A stretch of 63,829 nt of DNA, filler included, from Reclinomonas americana ATCC 50394 (Eukaryota): the NCBI GenBank assembly GCA_048213135.1. It is 5 parts of 3 records of this genome, joined end to end, with 100 filler letters (N's around TTAATTAATTAA, not from the genome) between each part and the next. Parts side by side here need not be neighbours in the genome. Positions count along the whole stretch, not along the records: positions 1 to 31,156 come from PS015079.1; positions 31,257 to 44,657 come from PS015080.1; 3 more parts are not named here. The stretch is one strand, 5' to 3'. Under the pieces are notes generated by a model. That model saw nothing but the letters and a program-made list of their open reading frames with translations, did no database searches and had not been told where the DNA came from. The first letter of the stretch is position 1. Each line of letters opens with the position of its first letter. Positions 26,489 through 42,541 of the stretch are shown here, piece by piece. Position numbers and translations under genes: made by a program.

Positions 26489-26725
26489 GCTTTAGCACGG
26501 CGAGTAGACACACGCACATGTGATGGCACACGATACAGGCAAGGGGATAAAGAAACACGAATTATTTTCCATTCTCTTTTCTGTTGCAGACACACATGTG
26601 ATGGCACACGATACAGGCAAGAAAACGACATATTTTCCATTCTCTTTTCTGTTTCAGCTTTCCCTTTACACACTTACACACGTGCGCCTGTCCGCGCGTA
26701 CATGCACCGTGGCAACTCCGCCCTC

Positions 26726-28748
26726 TCACACCTTCCACAACATCTCGAGAGTGACCCCGTCCTTTGGTCGCTCAATGGCCAGCCCGAGCTCCGCGCTGAA
26801 AATGGGCTCCCGGTCCACATTCTTGTTCGTGTCGGCGTAGTATGCCGCAAACGCATCGGCCACCTCGTCCTCCGTCTCAATCACCTCGACTTTCTCCTCC
26901 GCCCTCGGCACCGTCACATCTTTTAGTGTCGGGGGCTGAGAGGACAGTTAGCCAAGACGAAGAACAGAAGACGATGATGATCAATCAATCACTACGCCGC
27001 ACCTTGTCCTCGCTGACATAGTCGACACCAAAGATGGGCTTGGCCGAGAACAGCTTGTGCAGGTTCTGAATCTCCTCAAACACCTGATTCAGCTTCTCCA
27101 GCGGATCGATGCGGAAACCGAGGACGTAGCCGCCACTGCTGGGCGACGTCTCAATCACCAGCGCCTTGCCGAACTTGGAGTCGCGGACCTTGATGGTCTT
27201 GATTTGCAGGAACGGGATCGACACGTTGAAGTTCTCGGCCAAGTTGGCGAACCTGCAAGGGAGAGGAAGGGGGGGGGGGGGGAAGAGAGAGAGGGAGAAG
27301 ACGAAGACAGATAGAGAGACAGACATGCAGACACACGCACATACACACCCAGAGAGAGAGAGAAAAGCAAAGAAGTGAGAGAAAGACAGACACACAGGCA
27401 CACACACACAGTCAGACAGACAGACAGACGGACACACACACACACAGAGGGAGAGAGAGAAAAGCATAAAATTGAGAGAAAGACAGACAGACAGGCACAC
27501 ACACAGTCAGACAGACAGACAGACGGACACACAAGCATGCACACACAAGGAGAGAAAGAGAGATAGAGAACGGACATCAGTCGTCGAAACCAGTGTCTTC
27601 ATGAGCTCGACGACGCACCATACAATGCGCACGTTCGTGATATAGAACGTGCCGAGGTTGCCCTGATCAGAGGAGAGATTCCACACACCGTTGACACGGC
27701 TGAACACCTGCTCCTTCGGCAGCAAGCACAACTCCTTCTCGCGAATGATGGCTCCACGCAATTTGAGATCACGATACAACCGACTTGTCTCGTATGCTCT
27801 GTTCACACGAGTAAGCGCCGTGCAATGACTCCGAAAGTGGTGAGGTGATGCACCTGTGCACGGCTTGCACCGTGGTAAACAGCCGCGGGCTGTTCTTGAC
27901 GAGGTTCGTAAAGATGAACTTGCGGCACAGAAAACTTAACAGTCAGGCAACCGACAAGCGCGACAACTCTGCCAACACCATGAAGCACCGACCTCGAAGC
28001 GACTATTGTTGAACTTGGTGAGAATGTACAACGCCTGCGTGTGACCTCGCAGCCGCGAATTCGCCGTGTGAATCGTGATGTTGATCACGCAGTTGTAGCC
28101 GACGGAGAGATTGATGTTGGCCTTCTTTTGCGACACCCATATCAAGCGCAGGTTGGTGATCGACAGCGTTCCTGCAGAACACAGACAATGAGTGAGAGAG
28201 GGAGAAAGAGAAGGAGAGAGAGAGGGAGGGNNNNNNNNNNNNNNNNNNNNNNNNNNNNNNNNNNNNNNNNNNNNNNNNNNNNNNNNNNNNNNNNNNNNNN
28301 NNNNNNNNNNNNNNNNNNNNNNNNNNNNNNNNNNNNNNNNNNNNNNNNNNNNNNNNNNNNNNNNNNNNNNNNNNNNNNNNNNNNNNNNNNNNNNNNNNNN
28401 NNNNNNNNNNNNNNNNNNNNNNNNNNNNNNNNNNNNNNNNNNNNNNNNNNNNNNNNNNNNNNNNNNNNNNNNNNNNNNNNNNNNNNNNNNNNNNNNNNNN
28501 NNNNNNNNNNNNNNNNNNNNNNNNNNNNNNNNNNNNNNNNNNNNNNNNNNNNNNNNNNNNNNNNNNNNNNNNNNNNNNNNNNNNNNNNNNNNNNNNNNNN
28601 NNNNNNNNNNNNNNNNNNNNNNNNNNNNNNNNNNNNNNNNNNNNNNNNNNNNNNNNNNNNNNNNNNNNNNNNNNNNNNNNNNNNNNNNNNNNNNNNNNNN
28701 NNCGTGTGTGTGTGTGTGTGTGTGTGTCTCTCTCTCCTCCTCCTCCTC

Positions 28749-28794
<46 letters not shown>

Positions 28795-29100
28795 CCTCCC
28801 TCCTCTCTCTCTCTCTCCCCAACTCACCGCGCTCTCCATTGTTGCCCTTGGTATCCTCAATCGAGTCAATCGCATCAATGATCTTCTCACCAGGTCTCAG
28901 CGACAGCTCACTACAACCAAGCACACACATGAGAGACACACACAATACACACACACAATCACATGACAACTCAACGGTGGAGGCACATCAAAACGGATCT
29001 CTCGGTCTTGCCACACAAAGTTATCTGGCATCGCAGCTCCCGCCTCGGCACTGGCTCCAGCTGCAGAAGCCGCAGCAGCACTAGACGAAGTCGCAGCCAT
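26726..29100 (-). CDS. BBS5: Bardet-Biedl syndrome 5 protein (BBSome subunit), 7 exons
   Basis: WQDREIRFD...RPGE...[71 protein letters not shown]. Confidence 0.97.
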
Positions 29101-29215
29101 GAAAACACAACAAAAACACCATAAAAAAACGATCTGATGCTCGCGCGCACTGTCCATTGTCGAGAACGAACTTGCAGTGTGTGTCGTCTGTGTGCGTGTG
29201 TGTGTGTTCAGATAG

Positions 29216-31128
29216 ATGGGTCGGGCGCACGAGCTTGAGCGGCTTCGTGTGGAGGCCGAGGCTGCGTTGCGCGCCAGTGAGAACGAGCTGTCTGCGTTCT
29301 CGTCGGCCATGGAGGCACCGCGACTGGCGTTGCTGGCGCTCACCGAGACCGACCTCGTGCACCTGTGTGAGCAGGAGCCAGGCACCGTGAGACCAACGGT
29401 CAGCGGGCCTTGTTTGCAAAAAGTGTTGAGCGAAATGGCGCGCGCACTCTTATTACTTGTTGTTGTTGTTGGTAGGTGGAGAAGGTGATGCGTGCAGTGA
29501 TGATTGTGTTGAACAAGCCGTCGACGCTGGCCGATGCACGTCGCTTGCTTTCGTCAGCAGGTCGCGTGCTTTTTCTTGCAATCATTGCCTCTCTCTCTCT
29601 TCGCGCTCATGTGGGCAAGTGCAGGTGCTGTGGATCTGCTGCAGAAGCTAGAGATGAAGAACATCCCCTCGTTTGCCGTGGCAAAGTTGCACGAGTTTGC
29701 CGCCGATCGACTCTTTTCACCAACAGTGCGCACATTGTGTGGATCGTTGCAGTTCACGTGCTCTTCTCTGACTGAGTGCGTTTGTGTGTAGGAGGTGGGT
29801 AAGCATTCGCGAGTGGCGGCTGTGCTGTGCGCGTGGGTGTTGGCAGTGGAACGCAACACGCGATTGTTTCATGAGTTTGTGGTGCCGCGGCAACGCGAGG
29901 TCGAGCAGCATCGGCAGCTGATTGCGTCGTATGAACGTGAATTGGCGCAGCTGGGTGAGTGCTGCGATGATCGAGGCACTGAGCAGAGAGAGGTTATTGA
30001 TATGGGGAGGTGCAGCGGCGGCGGCGGCGGCGGAGCGGGAGGTCGAGTCGGAGGCGACGAGTGTGCGGAAACATTCGCGCGCAAGTTCGTTCTCGGACGC
30101 CGATTCAATGTCGAGCTCGTTTGTGGAGCGTATTCCGGTGGATGAGGAGCAGTCGGACTCGGAGCCGTCGCCAGGCAGCACGGTGCGCGCCTAAATTCTT
30201 CGTGGTGAACCAGCGATTCGCAATAGGCTGATGTGGGTTGTTCATGGACTGCGCAGTCTCGTGCCGTGCGGCGGCTACAGCACGAACGGGAACGGTTAGT
30301 GACGCTGCTGGAGGCCGCAGAGTATGAGCTGGACGGGGCACGCGAGGAGCTGCACCCGGAAATTCAGCTGGCGCTGCAGCCGTTTCTGGATGCTCACAAG
30401 GTCGAAGATTTGCGAGTGTTGCGCAGCCTCTCCAGACATCCACCAGAGGTGCTTGATCGCACTCCGTGTGTACTCCCATCACTTCCTGTGACTTACCGAA
30501 CGGCGGGCACAGTTGGTGCGGGTGCTGGAGGCTGTCTTGATTCTCTTTCAGAGACCAACCACCTACGTGGTACGCGAGGCCGGCAAGTTGTTGGTGGATC
30601 CCGACGGTGAGTCTTTGTCGCACGTCGTCGCCGTCTTACTCTATCTGCTCACGCTATCGGCAGTGTTCTCCAACATGCTCATGGATTTCGAGATGGAGAA
30701 CCTCACCGAGTCGCACCTGGCCAAGCTCGCAGGTGTCACGAGCATGCTGTCGTCTAATGTTGCGCGCAGACTCCAGTGCCGATCGAGGAAGATAGCCTTG
30801 TTCTCATCTTCTCAACCCTCGCACAGGTGGTGGCTGCACGGTGTCCCGAAGCGGTGGGATTGTGTGCGTGGGTACTGGGTATGGAAAAATGCGGCAAGGT
30901 TCTGCAAGTGCTCGAGCCGTTCCGCTCCAAGATATTTCAGTTGGAGAAGAAGATTGCCGACATTGACGCACAACTCGAAGATTTTGGTGCGCATCCGTCT
31001 TCCACCTTTCAATGGCGCCCCCTCGTCTCACCCCGCAGTGCAGCCAAGCCACCGTCCACTCCTGCAGAACAGGGTCCAACGGAGGCCGATTTGCGTGCCG
31101 AGTCTGCGACGAACCAACAACGAATGAG
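29216..31128 (+). CDS. Coiled-coil protein with two dynein-stalk microtubule-binding-domain-like repeats and no motor domain
   Basis: Repeat 1: VEKVMRAVMIVL...ARRLL...SRVAAVLCAWVLAV...VVPRQ. Repeat 2: DLRVLRSLSRHPPE|LVRVLEAVLILF...EAVGLCAWVLGM...LEPFR. Both resemble the dynein heavy-chain stalk (PP...V..AV..L...A..LC.WV.A...V.P). Confidence 0.65.
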
Positions 31129-31200
31129 GGAGCTGGTGTGTTTTCTCACTCACGCANNNNNNNNNNNNNNNNNNNNNNNNNNNNNNNNNNNNNNNNNNNN

Positions 31201-31212
31201 TTAATTAATTAA
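31201..31212. other. Artificial scaffold linker TTAATTAATTAA (also at 44702, 56689 and 59530)
   Basis: Identical 12-mer with stops in all six frames, each embedded in short N runs. Confidence 0.95.
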
Positions 31213-31530
31213 NNNNNNNNNNNNNNNNNNNNNNNNNNNNNNNNNNNNNNNNNNNNGAGATGGGAGGAGAAGGGAAGAGATGGGAGGAGAAGGGAAGAGA
31301 TGTGAAGAGAGGAAAAAGGAAGAGATGATAAGAGAGGAGAAGAGAAGAGATGGGTGGAGAAGGGAGGAAAAGGGAAGAGATCGGAGGAGAAGGGAAGAGA
31401 TGGGAAGAGAGAGAGGAGATGAGATGACAAGGGAGGCAAAGAGAAGAGATGGGTGGAGAAGGGAAGAGAAGGGAAACGATGGCAAGAGAGGAGAAGAGAA
31501 GTTTCATAATGCACGCCCACTGCACGCAAC

Positions 31531-34080
31531 TGATTGCCGAATTCTGCAGCCACAAAGAGGTGACCGGAGCGCATGACACACAGTGCATTGGCGGGTGGTA
31601 CCGTGTCAAAGTACTTGATGTCGATGGCGGTGACAGAGCGGCCGGTGTACTCCACCTTGATCTTGAGAATGTCGCCGTACTCGGTTTGCACCAGGATGAA
31701 GAAGATGTCCTGCGAGACAAAGGGTGAGCAAACAGATAGCACACGACAACTCTCGGTCGCTCTCTCCCTCTCTCACTGCGTGTGTATGTGTGCAGCGCTT
31801 ATGATTGCTGGCAACAATGATTGCTAACAAGTGGCTCTTCCACGCCTCTCGTGTGTGTGCGTGTGAGTGAGAGAGATTGTGTGCGTGTGTATGTGTAAAG
31901 GCGCGTGCGATTGCTGGCAACAGCGTTTGCCAACAAGGGGCTCTTCACTCTCTCTCTCTCCCTGTGTGTGTGTGTGTGTGCGTGTGTGTATGTGTGTGTG
32001 TATGTGTACTGCGCACATGACTGCTGGCAACAATGATTGTTACCAAGTGGCTCTTCCACACCTCTCTCTCTCTCTTCTCTCTCTGTGCGTGCTTGTGAAG
32101 GTGAGTGCTGCGTATGTGTAATGCGCGCATGATTGCCGGCAACAGCGTTTGCCAACAAGTGTCTCTTCTCTCTCGGTGCGTGTGCGTGCGTATGTGTGCG
32201 TGTGTGTGTGTGTGTGTAAAAAGCGCGTATGATTGCTGGCAACAGCGTTTGCCAACAAGTGGATCCTTCCTCTCTCTCTCAGTGTGTGCGCGCGTGTACC
32301 CACCTTTTGCTTGTGCACAAAGAACGTGGTAAAGATGACCGACTCGCCCGTCGGCATGCCTTCACGACGTGGCACAGGCGCCGCAATGTCGTCCGATCCC
32401 AGGTTCTTGTACATGACAATGTTTTCCGAGCACACCAGCACACCACCTACGTCGCCAGCGTGAGCACGTGGCATGCGGGAGGAAGAAGAGAAGCTGAAAT
32501 GCTCTCACCTGGCCCCTCGGTGCCGCCGGGTACGGGGATGAGCATGTAGGCCGAGCGATGCACCACGTCTGAGAACTTGCGCACGACATTGTTCACGCCC
32601 AGATCCAGTTCGTACCATGTGAGGACCTGTGGCGAGGCACCAAGCGGGGTGAGCAGCGGGAGGATGGCAGGAGGGTGAAGGGGAAGGAGGAAGAAGGGGA
32701 ATGAGGATGAAGGGGAAGGGGAGAGAGAGAGAGAGAGGCGAATGCGGAAGGTGGGAAGACGAAGGGGGGAAGACGGGGAAGACGAAGGGGGAAGACCAAG
32801 GGGGAAGACCATGGGGGAAGACCATGGGGGAAGACCATGTGGGAAGACCATGGGGGAAGACCATGGGGGAAGACCATGTGGGAAGACCATGTGGGAAGAC
32901 CATGTGGGAAGACCAAGGGGGAAGACCAAGGGCAAGGACCAAGGGGAAGGACCAAGGGGGGAAGACGAANNNNNNNNNNNNNNNNNNNNNNNNNNNNNNN
33001 NNNNNNNNNNNNNNNNNNNNNNNNNNNNNNNNNNNNNNNNNNNNNNNNNNNNNNNNNNNNAGACGAGGAGACGAGGAGACGAGGGAGACGAGCGGAGGAC
33101 GAGGGAGACGAAGGGGAAGACGAAGGGGAAGATGGAAGGGGGAAGACCATAGGAAGAGAAGTCACAAGTGACCATCACACCCTCAACATGTAGCAAATGG
33201 CGTGACTCGTGCAGGAAGCGCAGAGACATTTAAGAGACAGTGCACATCGACTACAACGCAAGAGAGAAAAACGCAAGAGAGAAAAACGGGGAAGCGAGCG
33301 AGAGAGACAGAGAGAATGTAGCCCAGCCTTCCCCAAACATAGCCCACCTTCTCCGTCTCCTCAGCCGCCGAGCCCGACGGATCCTCGTCGGCCTCGTCAT
33401 AGTCAATCTCCAAGCACGTAAAGAGCGGATTCTCAAAGCCGACATCCACACCCACACACGCAAACACCACCGTGTGCGACTTGTGCGCCTCCAGCGGCGA
33501 CGAGATCGTCAACCGTGCCGCCGCATCGCGATTCAGCACGTACACGAACTTTTGCTTCTCCACCGCAGCTGCAACACACACAGAGAGAGGGACAGAGGAG
33601 AAAGAGAGAGAAAGAGAAACCTGTCACACACTCTCGAACAAAATGCAAGAAAGACAACTTGTGCATGCAGACCAATCATGACTGCACGGCCCTTGGGATC
33701 CATGGCCAGGTACTCTCCCGGCACAATGCGCCTCACACCTGTCTTTCCGTACGTCTCCATGTGCACGCGCTGGAACGAGTTCTTCTCCGCGGAGAACTCG
33801 AGAATGATCAGGCGACCAGAGTCGGAGCCGACGACCACATAGTCGCGATTGCCNNNNNNNNNNNNNNNNNNNNNNNNNNNNNNNNNNNNNNNNNNNNNNN
33901 NNNNNNNNNNNNNNNNNNNNNNNNNNNNNNNNNNNNNNNNNNNNNNNNNNNNNNNNNNNNNNNNNNNNNNNNNNNNNNNNNNNNNNNNNNNNNNNNNNNN
34001 NNNNNNNNNNNNNNNNNNNNNNNNNNNNNNNNNNNNNNNNNNNNNNNNNNNNNNNNNNNNNNNNNNNNNNNNNNNNNNNN

Positions 34081-34124
<44 letters not shown>

Positions 34125-34432
34125 CAGACAAAGCACGCAATGCACATACAAGAGAAGACCACATACACTCCCACTTTCCCCTGCCTTTCATCCCCTTCTC
34201 CCCTCTCCACTTCACACGCACCAGTCAAGCGAAACGGCAGCAACGATCGCACAATGCCAAACACCTCAACCTGCATCACCGACTGCAGCTTGCCGCGCTC
34301 ATCCGCGCGCAGCAACTCGAGAATGTGTCCACGCGCGACCACCACCTCTTGCGTGCGCGGCGCACTGAATGAGCCGTACACAGCGTGTGTGATGGCCGTG
34401 GGCGCTTGCAGTGTGAGGTGGTAGAGATGCAT
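31531..34432 (-). CDS. SF3B3: SF3B3 second copy, 5' part (exons 1-6), cut off by contig end
   Basis: MHLYHLTLQ...GHILELLR...[19 protein letters not shown]...[39 protein letters not shown]...EFGN. Confidence 0.95.
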
Positions 34433-34620
34433 TCGTTGGCGCTCACAGGCACACAAGAAAAGAAGTGGTGGGACAGAAAGAAAAACACTTCATTCACCAC
34501 ATTCCAATAATGCGACAAATGTCCACAAATCCCTTGCCGACGATGACCATTGGCACACCAACAAATAATAATAGAAACTTCACTGATCCATACACAACAA
34601 TGAGCATCTACCAGTGATCG

Positions 34621-35442
34621 CCATTGTATTGAAACCGGCGCTGTTGTTTTCCTGTGACTTGGCTTTCTACCTGCTTCCTAAGCGATCTCAGCGCACGTCC
34701 GCATGCGTTTGCCACCGGCGTAGCCTTCGCCACACTCGAAAGAATTTGTATGTGATGAACTTCGAAGTTTCAATGCATGTTGCTTGTGACGGATGTTGCT
34801 TTCCATCTGCAGTCTGCACCTGCATACGTACTCGCCACCTAGACCTGCATCACCGACTGCAACTTGCCGCGCTCATCCGCGCGCAACAACTCGAGAATGT
34901 GTCGACGTCCGCGCGCGCTCGACCACCACCTCTTGCGTGCGCGGCGCACTGAATGAGCCGTACACAGCGTGTGTGATGGCGGTGGGCGCTTGCAGTGTGA
35001 GGTGGTAGAGATGCATTCGTTGGCGCTCACAGACAAGAAAAGAAGTGGTGGGACAAAAAACATTGTGTTGAACTCGGCACTGTTGTTTTCCTGTGATTTG
35101 GCTTTCTACCTGCTTCCTAAGCGATGCCAACGCACGTCCGCATGCGTTTGCCACCAGCGTAGCCTTCGCCACACTCGAAAGAGTTCATATGTGATGAACT
35201 TCGAAGTTTCAATGCATGTTGCTTGTGACGGACGTTGCTTTCCATCTGCGCATGCAGTCTGAACCTGTATACGTATTCGCCACCTCGACCTGCATCACCG
35301 ACTGCAGCTTGCCGCGCTCATCCGCGCGCAGCAACTCGAGAATGCGTCCACGCGCGACCACCACCTCCTGCGTGCGCGGCGCACTGAATGAGCCGTACAC
35401 AGCGTGTCTGATGGCCTGCAATGTGAGGTGGTAGAGATGCAT
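34621..35442 (-). pseudogene. Two tandem truncated, degenerate copies of SF3B3 exon 1 (about 34843-35016 and 35280-35442), each with a shared spacer of about 220 bp
   Basis: The copy starting at 35016 has a frameshifting insertion and a TAG after QV. The copy starting at 35442 has a 9-nt deletion (APTAITH to AIRH) and loses homology after QVEV. Confidence 0.85.
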
Positions 35443-35525
35443 TCGCGCGCACAAGACAAGGCAAGCAATACAACGAAGAAAGGGAATGTCCTGCGTGTCC
35501 ACATTCGTGCAAGTCTGTCGCAGCG

Positions 35526-36342
35526 ATGAGTGGTGATCAGACGCTGTTGTCGCATGTTGCGCGATGTCGCGTGAGCTCTGTGCTCAACGGCGACCATGCA
35601 TCCTTTGGCAAGCAGAATATGCTTGATGGGAATGGTGATTGATCTCCTCCTGCACAAAGTACTGCGACTCTCTGCTTTTCTCGACCTCTCTCCCTCCCTG
35701 TCTCTCACCCTCCTCCTGTCGCCCTCGTTCTCTGTCTCATTCGCTCACTCTGTCGCTCATTCTCTCTGTCGTTTCCCCTTCGCTTCCCCTTGGCTTCCCC
35801 TTGGCTTCCCCTTGGCTTCCCCCTTTGCTTCCCCCATCGCTTCCCCTTCGCCTCCCCCTTCCATCTTCACTCGCCTCTCCTTCTCACCCACCCTTCCCCT
35901 CCCTTTCCCCTTTTCCATCCCAGGCGAGACCTGCTGGAACAGCGCACAGGGCTCTCCACAGTACGTGCAACTCGAGTTCGACACGCTGTGCACGATGCGA
36001 CACTTGGAGCTTACATTTCAAGGCGGCTTCGCCTGTCGCACTGCGCGTGTGGTGGCGTGGAACCAGAAGCATGCGGGAGACACTGTGGAGGTGGCGTTTT
36101 ATCCGCGGGATGACAACTCGTTGCAGATATGTCGAGGTGGAGTGACGTAGAAGGAGGAGGGGAAGTGCTGACTTTGTGGTGCTGCAGTGCACGTTTTTGA
36201 TGTGGAGGCGAGGCGAGTGGACGTGGTGCGGATTGTGTTTGAGGATAGCACGGACTTTTATGGGCGGATTACGATCTATATGCTGGATGTGCGAGGCGGG
36301 GTTGATGGGGAAGAAGAGGAGGAGCAAGACAGACCACAATGA
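35526..36342 (+). CDS. NR2C2AP: NR2C2AP homologue (copy 2, complete, 3 exons)
   Basis: MSGDQTLLSHVARCRVSSVLNGDHASFGKQNMLDGNG|ETCWNSAQG...FYPRDDNSLQ|VFDVE...FEDSTDFYGRITIYMLDVRG. Confidence 0.9.
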
Positions 36343-38134
36343 ACGAAGCATTGCAGACTTCGGTGTTGTTTGTGCTGGTGTCGCTGATTGTCTTCTTTAA
36401 GACGCAGAGTCGGATTAGAGCAACAGCCGGCACTGGTTGGCAGAGCCATTCAGCGATGGATGTCGTCAAGCAAGGTTTGTCGAGTGCTGTGTCAGCCACG
36501 AGCAATCAGAGTTCAGGTGGCGCCGGCGACTCGAAGAAAAGGTATGAACTGTGACGCCTTCACTGGGACACACACTCCTACGAGTAGTTGCTACAGTACT
36601 TCTCCACCGTCTCGTATGACTGTACAAGGATGTGGAGGAGTGTGGTGACCACGTGGTGCTGTCGCAACGACGCCGGCGCCACTGGCATCTCCGTACCTCG
36701 AGCTGCGTCGGAAGAGCTTGTAGCCGTATCGGACCAGGTGGTAGTGGGCAGCAGCAGTATTAACACTGTGGTGCATGTGGAGTGGGAGCGAGAACAGATG
36801 AGGGCGTGAAACACACTTGCTTTTCGAACGCACAGCACTCGTTTGAGCGATGGAGAATGGGCTTCGGACTCGACGCTGTGGAGTCTCCACCCTGAGCCAT
36901 CGTAGCCACGGCAGATAATGCTGACGTGTATAGCAGGAGGTCTGCGAGATGGTGAGTCCGTGCACTACCACTGCGTCACACTCATCATGGGCGTACCAAG
37001 CAAAAATGCAGACAACTGTCCTGTGTGGACCACATAGAAGGGATACACCAGTAGAGCAGGAAATGCAAAAGCATGGAGAATGTTGATGGTGAGTGACCCT
37101 CCGAGCAGCAGGATCTGCTGAACGGAGCCTGTGCCTCACCATCAGAAGAGTTACACACAGGGACAGCGCATTCGTACGGTGCTGATGCAGGCCCGACCTA
37201 CCAGCCCAGCTCAAGCACGACTTGTCTGGCCCCCTGCTTGGCCGTGGAAAGCTATCCAACACCACCAGAACAGCCGCCTGCCAGGATGCGACGCCGTCGT
37301 CTTTGCGACGAGGCTGAGTCGACCGCAGCGGTTCGTCGACTGATATTCCCAACAGCGCAACACACCACCACTCCAGGGAGGAGCGCGGTGCCCACATTGC
37401 GACGCATGCAGTCGTCTCGCACGAGGCCGCTGCGGCGGAGGTGTCGCTTGCACTGCCTCGACTCGCATCATGAACGGTCCGGGGTGACGCCTCCAGCACG
37501 CAGCACGTTACGTCGTAGAAAAGAGGCAGCACAGAAGGACCATGAAACGTGCAAAGCAGCAGAAAGGCAGAGACACATGCAACCCAAAAGCAGGCACCAC
37601 ACAGAGTACTCGAGTGAGATGCGAGCGATTGCCAGGGGAGTAAACAGAGAACAAGCAGTGGAACTTGTCGGAAAAATGATGGCAAGACAGCCGTTACACA
37701 GGAAAACAAGAACACGACAAAGCAGACTGCCAGCGACACCCACAAGGGGAGCACGAGTTGTGGGATGAGCTGCGCCGCACCGAGACGCTCAAACTCGAGG
37801 AACAGGAAGGGCGTCTGGCCACAAACGAGCTGTACGAGAGCGAGTGGAATCGCGACGCGACTGCGCCAGCACAGAATGCCCATCGCAAACACGCTGAGCC
37901 AACGGACCGGCCACTCGCAACAGCTGCAGAGAGAAAAGAGTGCCACCGACAGGACCCAAAACAATGCTCGAATGCAAGCAAAACAGCATGGTCTGTGCGA
38001 AAAGCCACTCGCCCATGTGCGGTCCACAGGCCAACGACGCAGGAGTGCAGTCGTCAGCATCACGGAGGAGAAACGCACGCGTTTGTAGGCTTACAGTGAC
38101 GCGAGCGGGTGGTGGTCATTGTCTCGCAATCAGA

Positions 38135-42434
<4,300 letters not shown>

Positions 42435-42541
42435 TAATGAGCACGGAAAACGAGTGAAAATCGTGTGTAATCCAATCAACCACAAAACACAAGATAGAAG
42501 AAAGATGCGCGACCGGAGCGCTTCCCTTCTCCATCATTCGC

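Noticed and set aside
26500-26650. Direct repeat of ACATGTGATGGCACACGATACAGGCAAG between the SF3B3 and BBS5 stops
   Set aside because: Simple two-copy duplication of about 80 bp in the 3' region with no evidence of function.
31157-31256. Recurring palindrome TTAATTAATTAA at four sites
   Set aside because: Artificial six-frame-stop contig linker inside N padding.
32760-32970. GGGAAGACCA(T/A) 13-14-bp tandem array, superficially CRISPR-like
   Set aside because: No unique spacers and no cas genes; intronic minisatellite in SF3B3.
36591-38078. 495-aa minus-strand ORF
   Set aside because: No recognisable motifs and a composition typical of an antisense frame; not called as a gene.
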